DNA of 64,000 nt from Callorhinchus milii (Eukaryota), in the NCBI RefSeq assembly GCF_018977255.1, contig NW_024704743.1, forward strand, positions 47,618,001 to 47,682,000, in the 5' to 3' direction. Position numbers and translations under genes: made by a program. This document shows positions 12,062-24,869 of the stretch, one piece after another (position 1 is the first letter of the stretch; the number at the start of each line of letters is the position of its first letter). The notes under the pieces are model-generated. The model had not been told where the DNA came from. It worked only from the letters and a program-made list of their open reading frames with translations, and searched no databases.

Positions 12062-13170
12062 TTACAAAACAACTTACATTTATATAGAGCCTTTCACATT
12101 GGGTTGGCTTCTCAGAGAGTTTCACGCAACTGACTAGGAGTTGGGGAGGGGAGCACTCAGGAAGAGAGGGGAAAGGTGGTTGAAAGCACAGTCAAAGAGA
12201 AGTCAAGGCAGATTTTAAAGGTGGAGAGGAAGGAGCAAGGCAGAGGGCCTCTTGAGATGGAGTTTTGGAGAATGGAAGTAGAATGGTTAAAGGCTTGCAC
12301 ACCTATGGTAGGGGTGCAGTAGACTGGTACTCGCTGAGCTAAGGAATGGCTGGACAACAACAACAACATTACATTTGTAAAGTGCCTTTCATGTCAGGAG
12401 GATGTTCCAATGCGCTGAACAGTCGGAGATGAGGACCCAAGCTGGGGGGTTTTGGGATGAGGAAGGGCAGAGAGGTAGGAGGGCGGCTGAAGGCATGGTC
12501 AAAAAGGATGGTTTTGAGTCGTGCTTTGAAGGAGGCAAGGGAGGGAGCGAGGTGAAGGGATTGTGGGATGGAGTTCCAAAGGGTGGGGGCAGAGAGGCTG
12601 AAAGCCCAGTCGCCGATGGTGTGTCGGGCCGGAGACATGGAGCAGGCCGGAGCCTGCTGAACGGAGGGACAGGTCAGAGAGGTAGGAGGGAGCAAGGCTA
12701 TTGAGGGCCTTGAAAGTGAAGACCAGGATTTTGAATTCTATCCTCTTGAGAGATGGGAAGCCAGTGGAGCCGGGTGAGGGTGAGGGTAATGGGTTCACAG
12801 AGCCTGGTGTGGGAGAGGACTTGATCTGCAGAGTTCTGGATGATCTGCAGCTTATGGAGGGAAGAGTTGGGGAGGCCGACAAGGAGGGAGTTTCCATAGA
12901 CGAGCCTTGAGGTGATGAATGAGCGTATGAGGGTTTGGCGGCCTGAGTGGTGAGACAGTAGTGGATGTTGCAGAGGTGGTGGATGGCAGAACGGGTCATG
13001 CATGGATATGGGGGAGAAAGGACAGTTGAGGGTTGAACAGGATGCCCAGATTGCTGAATGGCTTGATGAGGTGGAGTGTGCATCTGTGAATGTTGATGCT
13101 GCCAATGCCTGAAGTGCGGAGGTGCTGGAGCGAGCCGATCGGAGGGAGGGCCTCGGTTTTGCTGACATTA
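12062..13170 (-). mobile_element. Two tandem L2 3' fragments (12062-12330 and 12355-13170)
   Basis: Two tails (acaacttacatttatatagagcc; acaacaacaacattacatttgtaaagtgcc); peptide [11 protein letters not shown]...LTRLHWLP and RIEFKILVFTFKAL. Confidence 0.88.
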
Positions 13171-13691
13171 AGTCAACTTGTAAAGGTAGAGTGAGTGGGA
13201 GAAACCATTGAGGTATTTGAATGTGAGAGCCACTTTACTGAAAGAACAAAAATAAATTTCAAAAGTAATTGTTTCCATTCTTTTGGCTCAAAGTGATGGG
13301 AACAAAGTTTCCTATTTCAGACTGCTGAAAATGACCAAGCTTAAATTTGGGCAGTCTCAATCTAGTGGACAAACCTAGCCATAATTTGGCATTAAATTGG
13401 CATTCTTTCAGAGTTTATAAGAATGCCTGGAGTGGGAACTGATCTGTTGGTTTACTTTTCAGTCTGTGGTTAAAAGGCATTGTTGTGTAATATGCAAGAA
13501 GGTTTACTCATGTATTTAACCTGTACTGTACTGGACTCGCTGTAAAATGAATGGGGAGAGTGTTCCATGTCCTAGAATATGTGTCTTTCACCTTACAAAT
13601 TCTCACCATTTCCACTAAAGTAGTTTCCACTCATCAAACATTGAATTTCTCATTTTTAAAGATCTTGGATTTTTGCCCTGTTAAATATTCT

Positions 13692-13992
13692 ATAATAATA
13701 ATAATCTTTGCATTTGATATAGTGCTTTTCATGTCTCATAGACGTCTCAAAGCGCTTCACGGAACAGACTGTAAATTGAATTCACTGTATATTTGTGAGC
13801 GAAATGCGTGAGCCAGTTGCGTACAGTACTATGGCAATATCCGAAAAGAGAAGAGAGTTTATCTCAGTGTCCTGGCCAATAATCCCCCAAATAAAATTGG
13901 TCATTCATTTCATGGCAGTTTGTGAACATTATATCCTATGAAGCCTGTCTTCCTGACATGAAGAGTCTACATCAAATGTAAGGATTATTGTT
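13692..13992. mobile_element. Two opposed SINE tails (13692-13835 minus; 13840-13992 plus, Deu-domain type)
   Basis: (AAT)n-ctttgcatttgatatagtgc... on the left; cagtgtcctggccaataatcccccaaataaaattggtc...aaggattatt on the right. Confidence 0.7.
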
Positions 13993-14234
13993 CATTTATA
14001 CACTACGGATCCTCTTAGCCCCTCATTAATTTGACCAAGCTTCACCAAACACTTAGATGATAGCTTAATGCTTTGCTATATTTTACACTATATGTATTAT
14101 ATTTTTTTTAAATGGCTGAAAGAAACCTTGTATCATCTTGATAATAAACTGTGGAATATGCTACTGACATTCAGCAACTAGAACCATGTGATGAAAAATG
14201 GTTACTTGGGTAAGATAAGAGGGTTGCTAGTGTT

Positions 14235-14685
14235 CATAAATTGTGCCTTCCCACTTCCACCTCCCCCCTCTGGGCCCCGAGACCCTTATCCATACTTTTA
14301 TTAGATCCAGGCTTGATCACACCAATGCCCTTCTCGCTAGACTCCCCGGCTCTCTCTATCTGCAGAATATTGAGAACTCTGCAGCCTGTGTCCTCTCCCA
14401 CACCAGGTCCTGGGAGTGTACCCATCTTTAATTGGCTCCATTGGCTCCCCACCTCCCAATAGAGATTTTTGCCCTCCGCGGACTCATCCAACCCTATCTC
14501 TGCGACCACCTACAACTATCAGATACTAATTTCGCTTAGGTCCAGCATCATGTCCCTCTCCCTATCTGCCCCCCTGTTGGCAGGCGGACTTTCAGTCATT
14601 CTGGCCCACTCTCTGGAAATCCATCCTAGAGTCCCTCCAACTTGCATGCTCCCTTCTCTCATTCAAGGCCCATCTCAAGATGTAC
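14235..14685 (+). mobile_element. Decayed L2 fragment
   Basis: Peptide ETLIHTFIRSRLDHTNALLARLP...IENSAACVLSHT. Confidence 0.8.
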
Positions 14686-14789
14686 CAATTGTGTATGTTG
14701 AGAGGGAATTTTCCATTTGTGTAAATTTAATATAATAATTTCTAAACTTGAAATTTTGATGTTGGCATCAAGACTAGCTACATGGATAA

Positions 14790-15415
14790 AGTACTGGAGG
14801 GATGCTTCTCAGAGCGTCCCGGGGGCAGAAGGAGGGGGGAGGTGACCGCAAGTATGATCAAAAAGGAATTTTTTTTAGGCTGGATTTGAAAGCGGGAAGG
14901 GAGGGGATAAGGCAGAGAGATTGAGGAGGAGAGTTCCAGAGTTTTGGGGGGTAAAGGCATGGCCACCGATGGTGGAACAGAGGCCTGAGGGACAAAGAGG
15001 GTCTCAGCTGCGTCGGTTGTGAGGTTGGCCCGGAGACGGGCAATGTGACTGAGGTGGAAAAAAGCAGTCCTGGTCAGGGAATGGATGTGGGGTAGAAAGG
15101 AAAGCCGGGGATCGAACCTAACGCCTAAGTTGTGCACAGGTTCATTGAGACTGAGGGAGAGTACGAGAGGTTGAGGATTTCAGACCTGCAGGAGAGAAGA
15201 TGTTGACTGCAGCCAAAGAGTATGGCTTCCATCTTGCCAAAGTTCAGCTGCAAGAAATTTGGGCTCATCCAGGCTTTGATGTCCTTCAAACAAGCTGACA
15301 GGATATCAGCAGACTGGGAGTCGCAGGTGGAGGAGGAGAAGTAGATTTGGGTGTCATCCGGATACATGTCTACGATGACATTGCGAGAGGGAGCATGTAG
15401 AGAAGGATGAGGGAT
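14790..15415 (-). mobile_element. Decayed L2 fragment (subfamily b)
   Basis: MYPDDTQIYFSSSTCD...DIKAWMSPNFLQLN and NLGVRFDPRLSFLPHI. Confidence 0.85.
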
Positions 15416-16414
15416 AAAAGCTTATAGAAAATATAACTAAAGCTTTTTATGACTTCAATTCTGCACATTTTTGTTTACAACAAAAATAATTTGGACCTTT
15501 GTAGTTTACAAAATAATTTTTATTATTGCGTGCGCATTGTCGATGTTTGTAATATAGCAGGAAGCCCAGAACTGTCATTTTTCAGGGAAAGTGCCTGATG
15601 AGAATCTGCTGTGTTGGTGCTTTTATTCAATAAATTGCTGTTTAACAACATACCCAAGCGCTCTGAGACTCTACCCTACATGAGGGGTGCTATAAATCCA
15701 AGTTGTTGTTGTTGTTGATGCAAGAAATACTTGTGCCTTTATAGTGGTCTTCAAATGTCATCCAGAAATAAATTGTGGTTAGTAAAACCTTAGATGGGTT
15801 TTTGAGACTAAATGTTTTATGACATGTTTAAATGTCATGTTTCCATGAGAAGGTAAACTGAAAACAGACTGTGACTGAACTTCCTTGGAAATTAAGGAAA
15901 TTAAATCAATTGAGTCAATTGTGGGAATGCAAGTCCTATTAATGTTTGGTCTATATTTGCAAACAAAATAGAGGAAAACAAAGCAAAAAAATGTCAGGTT
16001 GCATAAAAGAAGCATTCAAGATTGGTTCAAAGTCATTCGCGACTGGATTTGCTTAAGGAAGGGTAGGGAGGAGTGTATAGGCTAGGATCAAGTATTGGCT
16101 AGCCCAGAGGTGCATGACAAAGGCTATTGGATTAAATAATTTTGGCTTGTCCTCTACACAAAGATTCAGCCTAATGTTGCTTCCCAAAAGTGTTTTAATT
16201 TTAGCCATTACAATATTCAACGTTTTTGAATCAATCCCAAACTCTTTTATGAAGGTGCTTTCTTACACTTACTAATTGGTAAATGTTTTATTCCTCCTAT
16301 GTAGATACTGACCCACGTGTGTTAGAGAAACAGGAACTACAACAGCCAACATATGTAGCACTAAGTTATGTTAACAGGTAAGAAAACTTTCTTATACATC
16401 AACATAGTTGAAAT

Positions 16415-16922
16415 CTGGCCATTTTTCAACCTGGTCTGCTTTGTCGTTACCTCATGCTCAATCCTGCCGAAACCCTCATTCACACCTTCTGCACTCCAGA
16501 CTTGACTTTTCAAGACTCCACCAGTTTTCCCAGCTCTTCCAAAACTCCACCACCCACGTTTTTATCTGCACAAAATGTTGCATGCCCTTTAACCCCATCC
16601 TTGCCTTGTCTTCTTATCTCACAGTGGATCAACCAAGATCCTCACCCTCACCTAGACATCCCTTCATGCTGCCTTACCTCGATCTGCTTTACCTTGTGCT
16701 CTTCTCCAAACTCATTCTTCTGCTCAATTCCTTAATCCCATGCAGCAAACTCGGTTTGGCCCACACCACACCATGTCTGAGCGAAGCTTCAGCTACTACC
16801 CTCTATAACTCCCTCCTGCAAACTCTCTGCGTCTCTCCCCCCTCTCTATCTGCCTTCAAAAGCCACCTAAAAGCCTATCTTTCTACCATACCTATGGGTG
16901 CTATTATAAATGCGAGTTGTTA
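16415..16922 (+). mobile_element. Old L2 3' fragment
   Basis: AETLIHTF, FQNSTT, AFKSHLKAYL; tail ggtgctattataaatgcgagttgtt. Confidence 0.7.
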
Positions 16923-17548
16923 TATTTGCTCCATTTAATTCTACATTTGCTAAGTGTAATTTTTTTATCCCTTTTCTGTTATCAATATATCTTTTATTCT
17001 GAGATTGGAAATTAAAGAGTAATGGTACAGTTATGGTACAGTGTGCATTTGGTCATAAAGAATTATACCAATTCTACCAATGAATGAGCTGGGTGCAAAG
17101 GGGGTGTTGCCACTGGTGGGAATGCTGAGTCTGAGGTGGAGAATTAGGTGAACTGCATGTTTATTTGACTCTCTCGAAGCCTGGTGTTATGAAATTTCTT
17201 TATTAAGAGTTCCAGTCAATTGACCTTTATATGACTGGACAACAATCTTTGTTACCTCTGATCTCTATAACCACTATAGTACTGTACATTGTATTTCACA
17301 TGATGACCTAATATTCATGCTTTTCTCATATCTGCAATTGGGCCTATTCCAATTGATGTGAATATATACTGCAGATTGCATCCAGCACACAACAGACAAC
17401 AAATTCTTATCTAGTAGTGGATGGCATCAGAAAGTGGTCTTCATGATTTTTCAGTTGAACTGTCTGACCCTGTTACAGTAAGACCTCATTATAATGTAGT
17501 GGTTTGGATCCATGAAATCAGACCCGTGATGTAATGGGACATATTGTA

Positions 17549-19017
17549 AACAACAACAAGAATGCATTTATATAGCGCCTTCCACGTCGGGAAGACGTCC
17601 CAAGGCACTGGACAGACTACAGCATTTCAGACCCGAGCTGGGGTCAGGGGGGAGAAAGCAGGGGAGGGGAAGGGGGGGTAACTGATGGCATGGTCGAAGA
17701 GGAGGGTCTTGAGGCGGGATTTGAAGGAGGCTAAGGAGAGGGCGAGGCGGAGTGACTGGGGGATGGAATTCCAGAGGTTGGGGGCAGAGTGGCTGAAGGC
17801 TTTCCCGCCAATGGTGGGGCGGGGGGGTCGAGGGACATGGAGCAGGCCAGAGCCGGCTGAGCGGAGGGAGCGGGCGGGTTGGTAGGGGGTTAGCAGGTCG
17901 CAGAGGTAGGGTGGGGTGAGGCCATGGAGGGCTTTGTATGTGAGAACCATGATCTTGAACTGGATCCTCTGAAGGATAGGGAGCCAATGGAGTCGGGCGA
18001 GAGTGGGGGAGATGGGGTCATGGAGTTTGGTTCAGGAGAGGACACGGGCTGCAGAGTTCTGGATTATCTGCAGCCTGTGGAGGGAGGAGTTGGGAAGGCC
18101 GACAAGAAGGGCGTTTGCATAGTCGAGCCTGGAGGTGATGAAGACGTGAACAAGAGATTCAGTGGCCTGAGGGGTGAGGTAGTGGCGGAGTCGGGTAATG
18201 TTACGGAGGTGAGGGAAGGCAGAGCGGGTCATGGCTTGAATGTGGGGGAGAAAAGCCAGTTGAGGGTTGAACAAGACACCTAGGTTCCTGACTGGCTTGG
18301 TGAGTTGAAGTGTGCAACCATGGAGGTTGATGTTGCCAGAGCCTGAGGTGCTGAGGCACTGGCGCGAGACAAACAGGAGGGCCTCAGTCTTGTTCACATA
18401 CAACTGTTGGAAATTTGCCCTCATCCAGGACTTGATGTCCGACAGACAGTCTGTCAGGACAGCAGTGGTCCTGGAGTTGAGGGTGGAGGCAGAAAGATAG
18501 AGTTGGGTGTCATCCGCATACATATGGAAGTTGACCCCATGTTTGCGGATGATGTCACCAAGGGGGAGCATGTAGGTATTAAAGAGGAGAGGGCCAAGGA
18601 CAGAGCCCTGGGGGACGCCAGACGTGACAGTACGGGGACTGGAGGAGAAACCGTTAGAGGCAACAAAGTGGAAACGGTGAGAAAGATAGGAATCGAACCA
18701 GACAAGGGCAGACCTGTGAAGATTAAGTAAAGCGGCAGGCGGTGTATGAGGATGGAGTGGTTGACAGTGTCAAAGGCGGCAGAGAGGTCGAGGAGGACAA
18801 GGAGGCAGAGGGAGCCCTGATCACAGATGTTCAGAATGTCATTAGTGGCTTTGACCAGGGCTGTTTCCGTGCTGTGGGCAGCGCGGAAGCCGGATTGGAG
18901 GGGTTCAAAGAGGGAATGGCGAGAGAGAAAGGAGCGGATCTGGGACGCTGACGACTCGTTCCAGGACCTTGGAGAGGAATGGCAGATTAGAGATGGCTGG
19001 TGATGGCCGGTGGTCAT
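17549..19017 (-). mobile_element. L2 LINE, 5'-truncated, relatively young; reverse transcriptase core
   Basis: [24 protein letters not shown]...[13 protein letters not shown], then [10 protein letters not shown] (intact YADD) and [12 protein letters not shown], split by frameshifts; (GTT)n tail. Confidence 0.95.
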
Positions 19018-19100
19018 TTCTTCAGTGTCATCAGGTAGCCACTGATGTCATTTCCTTCATGCTATAAAGTTACTTTGATGTCTCTTTCTGTGGCGTGTAG

Positions 19101-19206
19101 GAAGCCAGCAATGCTCTCAGGAGTGTGTTCAGTGGTTCCAGTACTAGCTGCCACGATATCTTCACACGTGCTCACAATTTGCAGAAAGCCAGCCAGTCAG
19201 TGTATG
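19101..19206 (+). CDS. Candidate internal coding exon of an unidentified host gene (EASNALRSVFSGSSTSCHDIFTRAHNLQKASQSVY)
   Basis: Acceptor tctctttctgtggcgtgtAG, donor ATG|GTacgc, 106 nt, open in two frames, non-repetitive; protein not recognised. Confidence 0.3.
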
Positions 19207-19453
19207 GTACGCACACACTGTAAACAGTCCTGTGCATCAAACAAAAAGCTGTTATAATCATTCCACTGTACTTCTGATTTTTTTTTAAATTGTGTGTTTT
19301 GGTTTATCAACTAAAGTAATTTTCCTTGTTGTAGGATTGTTTTTCTTTTTTTTCTCTCCACAATGGATTTCTGTGTCATTTATTTCATTTAAAGGAAATC
19401 TGCAGTATTTTGTGTTTTATTTAAATATGCATAGTCCCATTAGCAAAGATAAA

Positions 19454-19772
19454 AACATAATAACATAAGAAATGCTGGACTAAAAAAGACCAAGGTCCAT
19501 CCAGTTCACCTTCCACCTTCCTGGTAGTTGCATGCACATATATCCCAAACTACATAGGTACTATATCCCATAATGTTATTTCCTAAAAATCTAATCTGTG
19601 TTTGAAAGAATTAGCACTTACTGCTTCAACCATCTCCCTCGGGAGCTTGTTCCACAGGTTCACTATTCGCTCATTGAAATAGTGTTTGCGTAGATTTGTT
19701 CTAATTTACCCCCCTTCAATCTCAGGCCGTGTTCTCTGGTTTTACTATTCTGGACAAGTTGAAACAGCCTGT
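19454..19772 (-). mobile_element. CR1 LINE 3' end
   Basis: Tail aacataagaaatgctgg; peptide LFQLVQNSKTREHGLRLKGGK; near-identical to 44928-45243. Confidence 0.85.
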
Positions 19773-19818
19773 CATGATGGAAACATATTGTAAAACGTGG
19801 AGATACCAGGATTTCATT

Positions 19819-19930
19819 CTGAAAATCTGAAACAAAAACAGAGATTACTGGGAACACTCAGCAGGTCAGGTAGCATCTATGGAGAAAGGAAAGTGGGTCA
19901 ACATTTCAGTTCTATGACCCTTCGCCATTA
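19819..19930 (-). mobile_element. Penelope-like element terminal fragment with a degenerate hammerhead-like core
   Basis: aatctgaaacaaaaacagagattactgggaacactcagcaggtcaggtagcatctatggaga resembles a common shark Penelope-like terminal repeat (from memory); minus strand reads atggcga-agggtc-ata-gaact-gaaat. Confidence 0.5.
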
Positions 19931-20937
19931 ATCGTTACAGCTCTCTCTTTTCCTCCCCTCCTCCAACAGAGTGCTTTCCATTGATGATCACTTTCTACGT
20001 CTTATGCTGAACAAATTTCAGTCAAACTAGCAAAATTTGTCAATAATTAATGTAACGGGAAGTCTTCTGATTTATCATTACATGGCTTATCATAATTGTG
20101 GCATTTGTTTCAGATACGGCACAAAAAAATTGCATATGGAATATTTTAATATTCTGTTTTTATTTTCACATGCTGTTACAATGCTTTGAATATTGATAAA
20201 GTTGTGCTTTTACAGGAGGATGCATTGATGCAAGCATTAAACTGTTGGCAAAGTTGTAGGTGTTTTCCTAGTGGTGGCCTTAGGACACATAAGGGCTATA
20301 CTATATACTGTCTTGCAAAGGAATGCAATTGGGTTGGAACCCCTAGAGTGAGTGGAGGGTACACTTTTGTTTTTCCTCTCATTTTAGTTTGCATTCTTCC
20401 CTAGGAACTCTTATTGTATAGGCCTTTAGTAAAGGAATTCAGACTGCTTGGTGTTTTTCCAATCTTAGATGAACATCATTCCCTGGCATATGTTCCATAG
20501 ATTTTTAAAATTATTCTTTTATTTTTGTGCTTACAATGCAACCTTACGTTAATGGTTTTACATTTAATCGTACATTTAACTACAAAAAGCTCCCCTTATT
20601 ATCTGAAACATTCCATGTTCATTTCTGTAAACAGAGAAACAATTTGGTTATTTATATATTGTGCTGATAGGTGTGCTGAACTTGGGATAAAGACAAAGTG
20701 GCAAGATCAAAGTCAGCTGTCAGTTCACAGGAAGCTGATTGAAACAAATCTTAAATGCTACAGTACAGAAGGCCAGTAAGGCAGATGGTTTCATTTATAT
20801 ACATGTGTTTTCACACTCCCTTTTGAATGTGTTTGGAGATGGAATTTAAAAAAAAGCTAAGAAATTTAGGTGATATATGTTGCAATTAACCATTTTTCTC
20901 CAGTGAAATATGAAAGCAAAATGTAAAATAATTGACA

Positions 20938-21032
20938 ATGGCTCGCCATCCCAGCCTAGAGGATCAAGTTTAAAATCCTTGTCCTCACTTTTAAAGCCCT
21001 CCATGGTTTTGCCCCCACCCTACCTCTGTAAC
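20938..21032 (+). mobile_element. Small L2 fragment
   Basis: aggatcaagtttaaaatccttgtcctcacttttaaagccctccatgg (RIKFKILVLTFKALH). Confidence 0.8.
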
Positions 21033-21319
21033 ATTTAAATGTAATTGTCCCAGCTGAAAAGAGTGCAAAGCTCATGTCTTGAGGTACTGAGACTCTAGGT
21101 AACCTGCCAAAAATAAAATCGAGAACCTGGTTTCCCATTTTGAATAATGCTTTTGACCCATATCCAGAGATTCAACATACAAAAATAATCCACTAAAGTA
21201 ATGTTCATAAAAAGAGAGGCAGAGTGCACAATAGATTGTTTTTCCCATTATGTTGACTTTTATTTTTCTTTGCATTTTGTTTTTTTTGTGGAGGTCAAAC
21301 ATCAAAACTCTGATGTTTG

Positions 21320-21830
21320 GGTCCAGGTTGCACACTGGTTCAGTAAGTCTGAGGGCTTGGCCGGGGAGATTGAGGTCTGAGCCGCAGGACAGAAGATGTT
21401 AACGCGAACCAATGAGCCAATGTTGCCAATTAGCGACAACGCGTTCCAGAGCTTTGGCAAGGAAGGGCTGGTTGGAAATGGGTTGTTAATTTGTGAGGTT
21501 GGAGGGATCAAGGATAGGTTTTTTGAGGAGGGAAATGATGACAGAGGTTTTAAGGGGGAGAGGAGCAGAGCCTGAGGAGAGCGACTGGTTGACTGTGTCG
21601 GCCAGCAGCAGGGAAGCAGGGAGAGGAGGGGGAGTTGGGCGACCAGCAGCTGGGTGGGAGGGGGTTGAGGCAGCGGGTGGTAGGCTTCATCTGGGAGATG
21701 GTGGTTGAGATGGAGGTGGGAGTGATCGGGTTAAGGGATTGTAGGGATGAGGGAGTGGTAGGGGCTGTGGTGGAAGGAGGGTGTGGTGAGACCATCTCGG
21801 GGTGCGGAAGGGGATGTAGGGGAGGATGAT
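21320..21830 (-). mobile_element. L2 fragment from the N-terminal RT region, internally deleted
   Basis: ISTTISQMKPTT...LKKPILDP...FLAKALERVVA joined directly to LIGSR...LRLTEPVCNL. Confidence 0.75.
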
Positions 21831-22969
21831 GCAGCCAAGCGGATATTTTACATTTTTATTCATGCAAATGTATAAAAAGAAATAAATGCCAGTTCTGGCA
21901 TTGTAATTATTTGAATCCTGGGAGCAGAAGATAATGAATAAGATATCTTCCTTTCACCAGATTCAAACAGAATTAAAGTTGATATCTCTAGCCATTGAAG
22001 GCCAGCGAGCACAGTGAGGTGGGAGTACACTCAGAGAGTTGGGCCGACAGCAGTCCACACGAGGGGCTGTGGAAATATTATTTAATTTTTCAGTTTTGGA
22101 CATGGTTTAGCTAGGTAAGAATTCCGGGTACCTGGAGTCCATTCAAGCTGGGGCTTACTTTATTTTATTCATATAAATATAATAAAAAGAAATAAAACAA
22201 CATTTTTAATGGATAAAACAATATAACACAAAATTCTCCCAAAATAAAATGAAAAAATAAAAATTTCACGGGGCTCCAGCAAACCCCACAAACTGGGGGA
22301 TTGTTGGCCTGGATACCAGGAGAGTTTCTAATATTTACATTCAAGCGCTTCATATTTAACATTTTAAATTGTAATACTTATTTTGGTGTGCTTTGTGCTG
22401 CGAAAAGAAATGTACAATATCATAATGTGACTACTCACAGAGGTGAAATTGTTTTTGAGTCGATTTAACATTACTGATGAATGTACTGAAAATAATTTAC
22501 CCACAAACATTTTCTCATTTCCGCATGCCTGCTGATGCTATTACACACAGACTGTATTGTCAAGTAGCCTCTCTACATAGTAATTCCCTTTCCTGGTATG
22601 AAGGGTTTATGGCTTTTTCCTGTCATTACTGGCTAATGCCAGCTTTAACCTGATGTTGATAGCCCTCTGTGTGGAATTATGCATGATGGCTTTTAAAAAG
22701 GTCTAACATGGTAAACTGTTCTGTTCTTCGCTTTTTTTTGAAGAGCAGGGATGTCAGGAGTAGTTAATCTGTTTGTGTGACCTCCCAACATTCTTACTTT
22801 TATGTAGATCTACATCTTCACATCTTTTCATTACAGTTTGTTCAGTGCTTTTTCGTATCTCTTGGCTGGAATGAATTCATGCTGTTTGAAACCTTCAGTG
22901 CCCCCCTATACAGATTAATGCGAAATAAGAATTGGCTAAGTGCTTGCCAGAAAACTCTTCCATCAGAAT

Positions 22970-23135
22970 AATACAATAATAATAATAAACCTTGTATTCG
23001 ATATCGCACCTTGTCATGTCTTCGAGATGTCTCAAAGCGCATCATAGGATATACTGTACAATGAATTGACTGTATATTATGTGGGTAAAACACGGCAGCC
23101 AATTGCCCACAAACAGTCGTGGATTGAGTGACCAG
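22970..23135 (-). mobile_element. SINE 3' tail
   Basis: (AAT)n-ccttgtattcgatatcgcacc...gagatgtctcaaagcgc...cacaaacagtc. Confidence 0.8.
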
Positions 23136-23554
23136 TACAAGCTGTAATGTGTAATACAAGCTGTCACTATTGGACAACATTCATCCACTGTCTCTGCCTC
23201 TTTCTGTGTGTCTCTAACCCTATACTATTCAATAAATGGAATCTTGTTGTTGTTGTACTGTACTTATAACAAATTGTTAAATTGATTTACTTTGCCTTCC
23301 CACTTCACAATCGAGGTTAAATCACAGACTTAGTGTCTTTGCATATACAGTATATACAGTATATATTCATTCAACTTTTTGCAGGACTTGCACTTTTGTG
23401 TCAGCGCTTGTTACAAACCTTGTAATTTGGATACCACAGTGGTGAAACTTGATGGTGTTTTTAAATGATACAATTTTCTTTGCTGAACATTCATATCTGT
23501 TGTTTGCTGCAATTGTGTAGAAATTAAAACTTATAATTTACAGGACAATAAAGT

Positions 23555-23890
23555 ATGCATTTTTATAGTGACTTTCATGTCAGGAGGTCAGCTCCAAGTG
23601 TTTACACTATTGGCTGGGTATCCGTGCCAGGGTGTGGGAGATGAAGAGGGGAAAGATGATCAAAAGTGCAGTCAAAGAGGTAAGTCTTTAGGTGGGCTTT
23701 GAAAGTGGGGGAGGGGAGGAGGAGAGGAGTCAAAGTGACTCCTGGATGGAGTTCTGGAGAGCAGGACAGAATGGCTGAAAGCTTGTACGCAACTGGTGCA
23801 ATGATGGGGTGGATAGAGCCGGAGACATAAAGCAGGACAGTGTTCACTGAGCGAAGGTTGGGACCAGGTCAGTAGGGTTGTACGGTTGTA
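23555..23890 (-). mobile_element. Old L2 3' fragment
   Basis: PTFKAHLKTYLFD; tail tgcatttttatagtgactttcatgtcaggagg. Confidence 0.7.
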
Positions 23891-24869
23891 GGAGCTTCTA
23901 ATGTTACAGCATTTAATTTCCCCCAAAGTTTTAATTTGTATCCATGATCCATTTATTGTTGGCGTAAATGTATAACAGTATATATGTGCATGTATTAAAA
24001 TTCCCTCTTCTTTCTCAACTGCCTCCTCTCCCCCACTATTACCACTTTGCCTTATGCTGTTGGATGCACTCTCTCTCTCTCTCTCTCTCTATGCCAGAAG
24101 ACCGTCTCTCTGGCCTTCCTTTGCAGGCGCCATCTAAAATACTTTTGGTTTGGCTGCTAGCAATTGTTGTACTAGTGCAGATGCAGCGACCCTATTTGCT
24201 TATGTGTATGGATGGTCTAATAGGTACTCTTATCCCCTTACCTTGCTCCAACGTCCTCTGCTCATTATTACATATGTAGACCCTAAGCTTGCAACTTGTG
24301 ACCTTGAAGTAATGGTGAGATCAATGACTGCACTGGTTGTTGCAGGCTTTTTGGTCTGGGAGTCAAAAGCTAACCACGGAAAGATGATGAACGTTTCAGA
24401 TATTTTAAAACCGGTTCAATTGAAAAGGGATATTGCTGTCTTTAAACATCAGTTTTGTGTTTCTGAAATAAGAAATATATGACATGTACTGTCTTGATGG
24501 TAATTCATATTAGCTTGGTCAGGTAAGAATATTGCATCTGTCAGCATTAGTATTGCTCTAAAGTAGCTGCCACTAATCTAAAGCCGTCTAGAAAATCCTT
24601 ATATGTCATGTAGCACCTATTGAAGATTTCTTTAATGGATGAAGAGGTGGGAAAAATAGCTGAATGAGCTAGTTTATATTTGAAGCTCTGCAATGGCTGA
24701 CTCATAAATTACTGGCACCCGGATGGTATATTACTTTGGACATGGTGATTGACGACTAACACTCCTAGGTCTCATTCAACTCCTATCTTGCCAAATAGTG
24801 TGAGGCATTAATAAAGAAAGAAAATAATAAGCTAGACTACATTGTCAAATCAGTTCAATTTAGATCCCC

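Noticed and set aside
22836..22971. Acceptor followed by an open frame FVQCFFVSLGWNEF...
   Set aside because: No donor, runs into a SINE tail, no recognisable homology
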